DNA of 39,948 bases, from the UHGV virus genome UHGV-0205111; one strand, given 5' to 3'. A model generated the notes under the pieces. That model was not told the origin of the DNA, made no database searches, and worked only from the letters and a program-made list of their open reading frames with translations. Shown here piece after piece: positions 24,248-36,800 of this stretch (its first letter is position 1; every line of letters begins with the position of its first letter). The position numbers and the translations under genes are program-made. This DNA is from a virus.

Positions 24248-25045
24248 ATGTGCAGTCCGGCATGGATGATAGGATTACAAGCAGTACAAGGGTTAAACCA
24301 ATACAATCAAACCAAACAGCAGTATAACGCAAACATTGCCATGGCGAATCAGCAGGCACAAACAGCAGAGCAAAATGCAAAAATACAAGAAAAGAAAGAA
24401 GAACAAACGGCGGAACAATACGCCAGTAAACAAGCACAGCTCAATGCGCGCATGAAACTAGCGGCAGGGCAAGCAACGGCACAGGCAGGAGCCAATGGTG
24501 TAATGCTGTCCGGCTCACCGCTAGATTCATTATCATCAAGCTATCAGGCGTGGAATGATGACAGCGCAACACTGCTGCAGAATCAACGGAATGATATATG
24601 GGGCCAAGAAATAAACAGGAAAAACTATATCAATCAAGCGAACGCATACAGAGCTAGTGCGGCAAATTTAAATGCACAAAAACAAGATGCATTGTGGGGT
24701 ACGCTGCTTACAACAGCGGCCGGCATATACGGTATCAAAAGAGCCTATGGCAGTGCGTCTAAAGCAACGGCAGGAGATAATACGATGAAGCTGGGACCAC
24801 AAGCGACTATTACAAGCCCGGCAGCATATCAGGCGTATACATTTGGCAGCAGTTCAAATGGTATCAAAACCACTTTAAACAGTGGGCTGTTTGGTAGTAA
24901 AGCAGGGAAAAACTATACTCTTAAATACCCGTGGAGCAGGAAATTCAGGTGGCAGTCTACGGCAATACGGCCGGTTAACTTGGATGCGGCAAGCTTAAAA
25001 TATGATGGGCCAATTCGCCCGGTTAATTTAGACAAATGGATGTAA
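24248..25045 (+). CDS. Internal virion (ejection) protein, gp14-like
   Basis: MC N-terminus, Ala/Gln-rich, GANGVMLSGSPLD motif. Confidence 0.75.
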   Translation: MCSPAWMIGLQAVQGLNQYNQTKQQYNANIAMANQQAQTAEQNAKIQEKKEEQTAEQYASKQAQLNARMKLAAGQATAQAGANGVMLSGSPLDSLSSSYQAWNDDSATLLQNQRNDIWGQEINRKNYINQANAYRASAANLNAQKQDALWGTLLTTAAGIYGIKRAYGSASKATAGDNTMKLGPQATITSPAAYQAYTFGSSSNGIKTTLNSGLFGSKAGKNYTLKYPWSRKFRWQSTAIRPVNLDAASLKYDGPIRPVNLDKWM

Positions 25046-25057
25046 GGAGAGAAACCC

Positions 25058-27877
25058 ATGGCGATTACGATAAAAGCATATAACAGAGCCGTAGAGCCGA
25101 ACACCATACAAGGACAGGTGCAAACATCGAGCAATCCGACAGCATACGGCGAAAACACAAACGGCAGTCAAGCTATTATAGCAGGACTGGGAGAAGCACA
25201 GAAACAGCTGCAGGGCTATGTAGATGATCAGATTAATTTAAGTGTCATTGATGCAAAAAATCAGTATGAAGCCGGGATGAATGATTTATTGAATAATCCC
25301 AAAACAGGATTGCTCAATCAGCAAGATATGAATGCGTTGGATGTCGTACAGAAATATCAAGAGGGAGAGTCAAAACTGCGCAATGAAGTATTGGCAGGAC
25401 TGCCGAATTATAAAAAAGCGCAGGATACGTTTTTAAACATGGCCAACGAAGTTAACAACCGAAATACGGGGCAGATGATGAAATATCAGTATGCCAAAGA
25501 CATGGAACACCGGGAATTGACATGGAATACATTTGTAGATAACGAAACGGATAATTTAGTCCAAACAAATAATGCGGAAGGGTTATTTACTGGTTTTAAC
25601 AGAATAACGGCAACGGCATATGCACTGTACGGCAATATATATGGTAAAGATAAAATAGATGTCATGATAAAAGAACGTAATACAGAAATGGCTAACAATG
25701 TATTGAATAATCTTGTAGCCAGCAGTAATGCAAGCGACTATGATAAAGCACTCAATATATTAGAAAAAATATCGCCGTTTATTAATGATGCCAAATTAAC
25801 GACTATGCGTAGCATGCTGCAGAAACGGAAGCATGATAATTATTTACTGCAAATCGCGAAAACCGCAAGGATAAACCACCCGAATGACCCTAAAGCACAG
25901 GAAAAAGAAATTAGGGAAAAAGCACAAAAAACGATTATGGTAGGCGGTAGTAATTCCGGAAACAGCACTGTAGATCAATTTATCGATGCGGCACACGAAT
26001 TTGGCGTGGATCCGCGAAAGCTTTTATCTGTCGGCATGCGAGAAACGGGTGGCGACACTATAGACGGTATGAACATGGCAGCAGGTGGCGGTTTTGGACA
26101 AATCACGGACGAAACCGCCCAGGCATACGGGTTGGATGAAAAATTCCCGAATTGGCAAACAGATAGCCGGCAAAACATTCGCGCAGCAGCATTTATTTTA
26201 AAGAAAAAAACAGAAGAACATGGCGGCGATGAATGGGCAGGCGTGCGAGCATATAACGGAGATGGCCCCATGGCAGACGAATATTTATCGCAAGTGCAGA
26301 CCAATTATGCGGGCTTGGAAAATATGGACTTTTCCGGCGGCAATGGTGCTGCCAGCTTTGAAAACAATCTTATACAAGGATTTCAGAACGCGGCAGATAT
26401 TCCGCAAAATGGTCCTAATGGATGCGCAGAAGAAGCCCTATCATCACTTTCATGGGCAAATCCATGGGCAGCCAATGCGTATCAAAAGGGACTGTTTAAT
26501 GTAGAAGCAATGGCAAATGATGCCAAAGCAAACGGCATAAAAGAAATAGAGTACGACCCCAATCAATTAGCAATAGGCGACTTAGTCATCTATACAACAA
26601 AAGAGGGCGAGTACGGACATACCGTAGTCTATGATGGGCACGGAGGATTTTATGGGAATTCCAGTTCGGCAAATGGTGGTGCAGGCGGCAAAGTACATGG
26701 TACAGATATTAATATTCCCGGTATGACGCCAGCTAAAATATTAAAAACAGGTGCAAGTGATACAGGTGGTGCGATGCGAGAGGAAACGATTCAAGTATAT
26801 GATGAGTCAGAAATACAGAAAGCCCTGTCATTGGCGGCACAATTCGATGCGCAAGAAGCCAGAGCTACAAAAATGGCAAATGATTCACTAGTGCGGCAAG
26901 GATTGCTAGAAATGCAGCAGTTACATGACAGCGGCAACTTAGACATAACAAGTTACCAAGCAATAGCTGATAAGTACGGCGCGAATAACCCGGATGTATA
27001 CAGCACGCTGAAAAGCAGCATTAGTACGTACGTATCTGTTAGAGCGTCGGGCGGCATATACGGCGGAGGAAGCGGAAGAGGCGGCAGAAGTGGCGGCGGA
27101 TATGCTGGTGCAGGCAAAGCCGATATGCTGGTTCTTAAATCGTTATTTGGACAAAACGGTATAGAAACATTGTCTGATATACAGAATTATTGCGCGAATA
27201 AGGGGATTGTTCTTACACCGTCCCAAGTTAATACATTAGCTAAAGCAGCAGAGCAGTATCAAACGGGAACCGGCGAATATAAACCTATGTATGAAGTTAC
27301 GGCGGAGCAAATACAAAATGCCAGTGGAATTAGTGCCGGGGAATTTAAGGGAAATATGGCAGTTATTCAACAACTAATTAGAACGGCAGCGGTTCAGTAC
27401 AGGACACAGCATAATGGGGAAGAACCGTCACTCAATCAATTGATACAATTTGGTGTAAATGCAGTAACGAAAGATGCGGCAGGATATTCGCAGGCACAAA
27501 TGCGCGCAGCAGGTATTTTGAGCGTTACGCCTTTGAATGATGGGTACAATATCGTGAAAGACTGGAACCATAATACATACTATATCTATACCGACCATTT
27601 GCAAGATATATTAACGGGACAGACTACATTGGCTGATGTAGTAGAACAAGCGGAAGAAGCCCAAGCAAATGGTACTGAAAATGATACAGATAAAGATACT
27701 GCTAATACATCAGATACAGGAGCGTATCGCGCTGTCTATGATACAAGTTCAGATACAATTAATAATTATCAATCGAGTGAAGAAGAAAACAAAGAAATAG
27801 CAGAATCTGATACGATTGGAGAAGTTATTGAAAACAGACTTGAGGATTTAAAAGAGACAATAACATCATGGTGGTAA
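25058..27877 (+). CDS. Internal virion protein with lytic transglycosylase (SLT) and NlpC/P60-like peptidase domains
   Basis: AAHEFGVDP..LLSVGMRETGG...GFGQI...NIRAAAFILK...AYNG; NGCAE...GDLVIY...GHTVVYDG. Confidence 0.8.
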   Translation: MAITIKAYNRAVEPNTIQGQVQTSSNPTAYGENTNGSQAIIAGLGEAQKQLQGYVDDQINLSVIDAKNQYEAGMNDLLNNPKTGLLNQQDMNALDVVQKYQEGESKLRNEVLAGLPNYKKAQDTFLNMANEVNNRNTGQMMKYQYAKDMEHRELTWNTFVDNETDNLVQTNNAEGLFTGFNRITATAYALYGNIYGKDKIDVMIKERNTEMANNVLNNLVASSNASDYDKALNILEKISPFINDAKLTTMRSMLQKRKHDNYLLQIAKTARINHPNDPKAQEKEIREKAQKTIMVGGSNSGNSTVDQFIDAAHEFGVDPRKLLSVGMRETGGDTIDGMNMAAGGGFGQITDETAQAYGLDEKFPNWQTDSRQNIRAAAFILKKKTEEHGGDEWAGVRAYNGDGPMADEYLSQVQTNYAGLENMDFSGGNGAASFENNLIQGFQNAADIPQNGPNGCAEEALSSLSWANPWAANAYQKGLFNVEAMANDAKANGIKEIEYDPNQLAIGDLVIYTTKEGEYGHTVVYDGHGGFYGNSSSANGGAGGKVHGTDINIPGMTPAKILKTGASDTGGAMREETIQVYDESEIQKALSLAAQFDAQEARATKMANDSLVRQGLLEMQQLHDSGNLDITSYQAIADKYGANNPDVYSTLKSSISTYVSVRASGGIYGGGSGRGGRSGGGYAGAGKADMLVLKSLFGQNGIETLSDIQNYCANKGIVLTPSQVNTLAKAAEQYQTGTGEYKPMYEVTAEQIQNASGISAGEFKGNMAVIQQLIRTAAVQYRTQHNGEEPSLNQLIQFGVNAVTKDAAGYSQAQMRAAGILSVTPLNDGYNIVKDWNHNTYYIYTDHLQDILTGQTTLADVVEQAEEAQANGTENDTDKDTANTSDTGAYRAVYDTSSDTINNYQSSEEENKEIAESDTIGEVIENRLEDLKETITSWW

Positions 27878-27889
27878 GGAGATAAAGAC

Positions 27890-30800
27890 ATGGCAGAATA
27901 TGAATTTAAACCAGGTAATATTGAAGATGCTATTAATAAAAACGGAGAAACATTTTCGAATCCCATTAATATATTACCGACAGAAGAAGAAAAAGAGCAA
28001 ATAGCAGCAGACGTACAGCAGGAACAAGAAGAAAACTATGCTAAGCTGGATGCTATTATGGCTTCCGGCCAGCCGGTCCGGCGTAAAATGCCAGATTTAG
28101 TAACGATACCGAAAATATACGGAAAATCACTGAGCATGCCGGAAGCAACACGGGGCTGGGATGATTTAGGTATAGGTGAGAAACTGCTTTACGGTACGCA
28201 AGAAAAACTATGGGATGTGTACCGAAATGTAACAAATGACCAAGCACATATATTAAGTGATGCAAGACGATATGCACCGTCTATTGGCGTAACGCCGCAG
28301 TATTTAGTAGATAATCCGGATGAAATGGAACGGGCACGACTGGAATATGATAGAAAACAAAAATTAGGCTTTATGCCGGTCGATGAAAACTATTCATCTG
28401 GTATGCTGGATGCAAATTACCCGGAACTCAAAGATATACGGCTGTCAGACCCCGTGGGAGCCGCACAAGCATTGCAAAACTATCAAGACGTACACGGCAT
28501 GCGGAATATTTTTGACAGTATTCACGACACTATTTTTGGTGTGAAAGAATTGCTTTTGGATGCCTATAACAGCGGCTCGGATATGGTAAAACTGTACGAT
28601 GCACAAATGAAAGCTGTTAAAACTGGCGACGTAGAAGCGGCACGCCCGGAAGTAGACGAAATTACACAGCGGCTCAAAGAATATCACGAACAAGATGAGC
28701 CGACTACACCGCTGGGCAAAGTAGTGTATGATACGATTCAGCAGCTAACGATTTACGGTACGCAGGGATTGAGAGCCTTACAGTATGTGCCAAAAGGTAT
28801 GGCTATGGCGATGGCAGCAGCAGCCCCTGCCGCTGCGGCAGCAGGGCCGGAAACATTAGGGGCAGGAACAGCGGCGATATTGACAGGCGCGGGCATAACC
28901 GGTGCGGCTTGGGGATTCCGCACGGGCATGTTTAAAGAAATACAAAATCAATCCATGGCAGAACGGTACTGGCAGATGGCAAACGCTAAAGACAAAAACG
29001 GCAAACCTATGTACAGCCGAAACAACATGCTACTGGATTCGATAGGAACGGGAACCATCAATGGGGCTATAGAACTGGGGTTGCTGGAACTGGGATATAA
29101 ACCGATAAAAGCCGCCTGGGGAAAAGATGCAGCCAAAGCGATATTGACAAACGGTGCAGCACAACGGGACATCGCCGAAGCCGGAAAAGGGGCGATTGCT
29201 CGTATTGCCTTGACACAGGGAGCTTTGCAGTATGCCCGCGGTGTAGCGTCTGAACTGGCAGAAGAAGGCGCGCAGTCTGTCGTAGGCAGCATGGCAGAAA
29301 ATATTGAATACGGTATCCATGGGCAAGGGAAATGGAACACCGTAGGCGATGTACTAAACGATGCAATAGATTCTATGGTGCAAGCTGTACCGGCAGCTCT
29401 CGGTATGGGCGGCATGGGTGCTGCAGTGCATACAGCTGGAAACTATAAAGCTATGAATAACATAGCTAGTATCAAACTGAATGAATGGAAAGAAGAATAT
29501 AAACGCAACGTGGAGAAACAGACTATTGATCAGCTGATAGCGCAGAAAAAAGAAAATAACTTGGCAAAAGAAGCACCGGACGTATACCAAAAAGTCGTCG
29601 ATGCGCAAGCAAAACAAGTCGGTATGGATACGATGTATGTAGACGCACAAGAGCTGGCACGGACAGAAGCAGGCGTAAACGTGTTAAATGACATGGTCAA
29701 TAAAGGCATAGTAAGCGGCGAACAAGTAGATAATGCCGTATCAAACGGCACAGACTTGGAAATCAAAACCGGCGTATTTGCACAGCTGGCAGACGAAACG
29801 ACAGATACTCAAACGCTGATGGATGCTACAACCATGAATAAAGGCGGCGTTCATATGGCAGCATTGCGCGAACGGGCAAAACGCATTGAAGCGATGCGGC
29901 AGGAATTGTCACAACTGGCTAACGATAAATCGGATAAGCTGGCAGAAGAAATCGTGCAGGAACATTTTAAAGATGCAGACGAACCGATGCAGGAAGCGGC
30001 GCGCGATGTCGTATATAGAAATCCGTATGATATAGAAAAAAGCTATAAAGATGCGGTCAAAGAAGCACGAAACGAATATGAAAACGCTGTAAATTATACA
30101 TATTACAGCACGTATAAACCGCAAGGCGTATCGATTGTTACAGCAGATGCAAACGGATACAACAACACCCAGACAGGCCGCGGCTATCGCATGAGCGAAA
30201 ATGAACCATGGTACAGCGATATGTATAAAGAATATGGCGGCAAAGCGACGAAAGAGCAACTGCTGGATGTAGCGTATAAAAATGAACGCAAAGAAATTGC
30301 CGCGTCGTCTCCGGAACTGTTGCAGGAATGGGAAAACAACGTGGCAGAAAAGAAAGCACGATATGAAACACTAAAAGGGATGGAAGAAAAATTTTCGGCT
30401 CTAGCTAAAAGCGACTATGCCCTTAGAAACACATTTACAAAAGACGGCGCAAGCGTGTATACGCAGGCATTGCACACTCTATCTAATGCCAGTGAACAAG
30501 CAAGCCAAGCAGCAAAAGAAAACGCATTTATCTATGCCCGCATGGCCGAACGCTGGACTAATATCATGAACGAATACGGCGATACAGCGTATACACCGAA
30601 AAAATTTATGGAACAGCATCCGATTGTGGCAGGCAATAAAAAAGCCGGCACCTATGGCCAGCCAATTACAAATATGGATATTCAACTAGATAAGCCTGCT
30701 CCGGTAATTACTATCAAAGAAAAATATGCGGGGATGGATTGGAAGGACTTACGAAAACAACTGCCTGGAACCGTAGAAAACGATATTGTTTCCAAGATAA

Positions 30801-33800
30801 ATGAAAAAGGGGAATATATCCCGTATGTTAATGAAGCGACGAAAAATAAAGTTATTGTCACGAAAAAAGGTTCTTTGAGCCATTTTAAATCAGATAAGAC
30901 AAGTAGCCCGGACTCGACAAAAAAACGACAGAACACGTTGCATTATGAAATGATAGAAGCTGTTCCGGAAATCATTAAGAGAGGAATATGGATTGAAGAC
31001 CATATAGATCGACATCAAAAAGCCATATACGTTTCACGGATTATTGCGCCGGTACAAATTGGCGCACATATATATGCTGTTAAATTAACCGTAAAAAAAG
31101 ACGAAAATAAATATTTATTAGAAAGCGGAGAATACACACACTTTAGAGCATATGATATAGAAACAGAAGAAGAACCCAAAAGTGGCAGTACCTCTACCAA
31201 CTCCGACGCAAGGCCTGATCATCAGCAGCCAATACCACTTTTGAGTTCTTCTAATTTAAGTATACGTGAGCTGCTAAAGAATGTCAATGATGGACTAAAA
31301 CACGGTCCTTATGTTAATAATGACGGCACCCCAAACTATGGCATTTATTTCGGGGACAATGAAACAGGCGGGGTAATGTATATTACGCCGAAAGATACCA
31401 CATACGAGCAGCGCGCATGGCACGGATCACCACATGATTTTAATAAATTTGATTTGGGATATATTGGAACGGGAGAAGGTTTTAATAATCATGGGTATGG
31501 ATTGTATTTTAGTAAATCGAAAAAGATAGCACAAGAATATAAAAAGAGACTGGGAAAAAATATTGGGAAATTATATGAGGCAGAAATACCAGACGAAAAG
31601 GACATGCTAAATGAAGATGTGCTATATAAACGTTTACCACAAAGCATAAAAAACGGCATAAAAAAAGTATACCAAGAACTGGATGCCACACAGAAAAATA
31701 TTTTCACATCCCAAATTATAGAAGAAGACAGACCAACAGCAGAAGAAAATAAAATCCTTAGTCAGTTAAAAGAAATCCAAAAAGTAAGAGAAAATTTAGA
31801 AATGCTGTCAAAGGGAGAACCAATTAAAGGGCTGCGTAAGGCGAGAATAAAAAAAGAATTACTAAAAGCAAATTTTAAAGAAGAACAAATAGAACAATTA
31901 TTTAATGATTTTGGGTATGCTGAACAAATAAAAGGATCCTATTTAAATGAAAACGCACAGCTGGAAAGCAAGTTAAGAAAAAAGCAGCAGCTAATAGAAA
32001 ATAGAATACAAATACATAACAATGAATTAAAAAACAATCTATTCGACTATTTAGAGAAGACTGCAAGCGGCTATGCTTCTGGACGCGGTATTTATCATGC
32101 ATTATCAGAGGCACTCGATGGAGATGCAAGAAAAGCAAGTGCGTTATTAAATAAAAATGGGATAAAAGGAATAATTTATGATGGACGAGGAGAGGGACGT
32201 TGCTATGTTGTCTTTGATGATAAAGCGATTTCTATCATTGATAAGCACAACCAAGATGGGGCAATATACGAGCAGCGTGCATGGCATGGCAGCCCGTATA
32301 ATTTTGACACATTTGATTTAGGTGCGATGGGCAAGGGGGAAGGACATCAGGCCCATGGCTGGGGACTGTATTTTGCTAAAGATCGAAACGTATCAGAAGC
32401 CTATAAAAAAGTTTTGGGAGATAAAAACACCTCGATAGAAGTAAACCAGACTATATATCGGCTTAATGAAGATGGCGATTGGGCAGTGCCATGGGGAAAC
32501 GTAATCAAATACGGCAGTGCCATGGGGTACGTATTGGATTCAATGCACGAAAAGGGAAGCAGAGAAAAAGCGATTGCTGATTTAAAAGACGCATTGAAAA
32601 GAAATAGAATCAGAGGAGTTTATGCAGATGAGGCTAGAAAAGCAATTGGAATTTTAAAAGAGGGAAATATAAAACTGAATAAAACCGACCGGCTGTATGA
32701 AGTAGAAATTCCTGAAAACGATGTGCTGCTTGATGAACAAAAAACAATAGGGGAACAACCGCAAAAAGTACAAGATGCGATTATGGATATGTTGTTTGGC
32801 AGGAATGTCAACGCAGCATTGCGGGAAGCAGAGAAAAAAGGCGGCGTAGAGGGAAAATTTGCAGTGGAAAAAGCACTGCGGTATATCAGTGAAGACGAAG
32901 ATGAATTGAAAGCTCGCGGCATTTCTGAGGAAGAAGTGGAACATGCGTATAACAAAGCATTAGAATACGTCGATGAAGAGTTACTCTTGAAAGCACAGGA
33001 AGAAAAGTTAAGCTATGAAGACCCCGAAAAGCCGCATTTGGAAGAAGGACATAAGGACAAATATAAAGTAAAAGAATTAACTGGTGAAGAATTTTATAAT
33101 GAGTTAGCAATGTCTACGCCAGGATATGATGAAGCGGCGTCAAAATTGTTAAATGAATACGGTATTAAAGGCATAACGTATGAAGGAGAAAGAGATGGCC
33201 GCTGTTATGTCGTTTTTGATGACCAAGCGATTTCTATTATAGACAAGTATAATCAGCAGCTAAACGGCGTCAAAGCGGCCTATAATGCTAATACCGGGGC
33301 GATCCATCTATTTGATGCGGCCGACCAGTCCTCATTTATCCATGAGGCTGGGCATATGTGGCTGTCTGAAATGAAAAACATGGCCATGCAGGAAGGTGCA
33401 CCGGAACAATTAATCAAGGACTTGGATGTTTTGACTGCATGGGGTACATACAGCCCGGAAAAAATGAACGACTATGCCGGTACAAATCGTGAAAAAGAAT
33501 TTGCGGAATACGCTAAAGCCATAGAAGATGCCCGCAAAAGCGGCGATGCCATTGCAATTAAAGCAGCAGAAGAACGCTGGATGCAGGAACGATTCGCAAG
33601 AGCCTTTGAAAGGTATATAGCAGACGGCAAAGCACCGGTACGGGAATTGCAAGGGCCGTTCCGGAAATTTAAGAAATGGCTGATTGGTATCTATCAAGAC
33701 CTTAAAAACTTGGGAAAAGAACCGCCGGAAGACGTAAAACGCGTTATGGACAGAATGCTTGCAACGGATGAAGAAATAGAAACATGGGCAAAGCTGCGGG

Positions 33801-36800
33801 AAATAAACGCATGGGACAGAAAAGGATTTAGCGGCGATTTATCCGGCAGTGAAGGGAACATGATAAAGAAATGGGCCGAAAAAATCAGAGAAACAGCCAA
33901 AGAAAAGCTGATGCAGAAATATATGGAAGACATCAAAAAACAAGATGAAGCGGATCGACAGCGCGGACTGGAAGAAGAAAAAATAGCGTATCAAAAACAG
34001 CTGTGCGAAGAAAACGAACTCTATAAATATGAAAACCTGTATAATACCATGCCGGAAGCCAGAGCAGGTATTTTGGCAAAATTGAATATTGCGGATGAAA
34101 AAGAATTTAGAAAAGCCATGCAAGAAGCGGGCGGCACATTGGAAGAACGTACCCATGAATATATGAAAGCCAAACAAGAAGAATATGATGCGCTGATGTA
34201 TTCGCCGGAACAAATCAGAACGATGGCCGATGAGCAGCTGGCGTCTACCAATGGCCAAATAGCACTCAATGAATTAGAAGCCCATGCGATGCGGCGAAAA
34301 CTAAACAGCTATATTGCTGAATGCGTAAAAGCTATGCGAGAAGTAGGAAATGTATCCGGCACGGATGCGGAAGTAGCCGCACAACTGCGTAACATATTGC
34401 ATGTGGAAGATATAGCGGATAAAGAAAAAGCCGCTAAAGGGGCCATGAAAGACAGTATACTGGCCAAAAGTAAAGAAATAGCAGACCTCAAAAAACGGCT
34501 GGCAGAAACAAAAGAAAAAGGAAAAGAAACAAAAGAACAAAATGAACGGACGATTGCCCAATTAAAAGCCGGGCTGAATGAAGTCATTAAAGGATTAAAC
34601 GATGCACGCGACATGGGCAGAAGTAACTATCAATCGGTATTGCGACTGACACGGGAAGAAATGAATGATATGACCGTCGGTGATGCGACGACGTGGAGGC
34701 ATTATGAAATTAAAGCAAAATCAGCAAGCCGCCGGGCTGATGTACAGATGTCGGCAGGCAACTTTACAGAAGCTATCATAGAAAAAAACAACGCACAAAA
34801 ATTTTACTGTATGTCGCGCGTAGCTAAAGAAAATGAAGACTTCTTAAGAAAAGCCCTTGGCCATGATTACGAAGACGCTGCTACTGGAGAAGAACGGACA
34901 GGGATTGCTGGTATTATTAATCGTATCAAGAGACAAAAGAACCCTGTACGGATGGGACCAAACGAACGCTATTTTATTGAACACTTGGCGTATATCTTGG
35001 GACTTGATAATCGGGACGGCCGTATGCCACTTGATGATAAAGGCAACCCCATCGGCATAAATTGGGAATACTTGTATCGCGACTTATCACCAGATAACGC
35101 AACAGAACAGAAATCAAAATTAAATCCGGATGATTTAATTGCACCTTGGGTACGAGCCATGGTAGAGCGCAAAGACCGGATAGAAGATTATCAGAAAAAC
35201 ATCGCTATGGCACAAATGAAAGATATTTACCAAGCTATACAGGCAATTTACCGCGTAGGGAAACGGGACTATGAAGCAACAACACTAATGAATGACGGTA
35301 AAACAGTAAGTATCATCGATGCCGTAACCGAAATGCTGGCAGAACGCGATTATTCTGTAGATACAATAGAGCAAAAACTGTGGAGTGCAGAGCAGGAAGA
35401 AAATGACAAAACAGCTACGGGACGCTTAAAAGATACATTAAGCGATGCGTTGCTGTCGTTAACAAAGCCGGAAATCGTGCTAAACGACATGGGTAAATCT
35501 TTTATCAAATATATCTACAAACCAATAGATACAGCGTCACGAAATGAAATGAGTATGCTGCAGCAAGCTTATAAAGAATTCGGCGAAATTTATAATATGT
35601 ATAGCAAAACAGAATGGCGGCATATCCGGCAGGATAAGTTATACAACCTCGGAAGAATCAGCAATTACACTAAGGAACAAGTAATGACTATTGCTTTGAA
35701 CTGGGGAAATAAAGAAGGACGGCAGCGTATTTTAGACAATCTCAACGAAGGCATACAGCATGAGCATGAAAAATACACGCAGACAGATGTAGAAAATTTA
35801 TTTGCGAAAGTATTTACAGAAAAGGACTTGGACTTTTTAGAATCCGTGTGGAAACAAATAGACCAGTACTGGCCGGAACGAAATAAAGTACAAGAACGAC
35901 TGTACGGCGTAGGTCTTGGCAGAGTGCAAGCAACACCGTATACAATCAATGGTAGAAAAGTAAGCGGTGGATATTATCCAATCGTCTACGATCCGAAAAT
36001 CTCTACAAGAACAACGGATATGGAATTAGATGATATAGTTAAATCTCAATTATCGGGTAACGCGGCAATGTCCATTGGCATGGGAAGCACTAAAAAACGA
36101 GTAAAAGTAGTAAAAGGGCAAGTGGTAATGAAAAGCTTAAATATATGGCCGCAAGCAGTCAATGAAGCAATACACCATATTTGTATGCGTGAGGCCGTCA
36201 CAGACGTATACAAATTGCTAAATAGAAAAGAAATGGAAGCGGTCATAGTGCAGGACTACGGCATAGAAACGTATCAAATGCTGAAACAATGGGCGCGGGA
36301 CTGCTGGAAAACAGATATAGCCAAAACAGATAAAATATCTAGAATGTTGGAAACGCTTAGAAGAAATACCTCATATAGCGTCATGGCATATCGTGCAAGT
36401 ACAGCCATTTTGAATGTGTTAAATATATTCCCTATGATGCGTGAAATCGGATTTGCAAATACATGGATGGCATTAAAAGACGTCTATATTACAGGAAACT
36501 ATAAAAAGAACCGACAATTTGTCATGGAACACTCGCCGTTTATGGCAGAACGAATCAATACATTGGATAAGGATTTCCGGCAACACATGACCTTTGATGT
36601 TGATAAAAACGCAAGTATCATAAGTGTGAAGTCAAACGGAGTGGGAAACAAGGTACAATATATAGGGGGCATAAAAGATGGCATAAACCGGTTTGCGTAC
36701 CTTGCAATAGCCGAAACAGACTTAATGCTGTCTATGCCGCTTTGGAAATGGCAATACGAAGAATCGTTGCGGCGACAGATTGAAGAAGGAAAAACGGACG

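Noticed and set aside
24199..24300. CRISPR array
   Set aside because: Only one repeat was found; other ATTGAAA(T/C) occurrences are in coding sequence without the GTCGC stem, and there are no cas genes.
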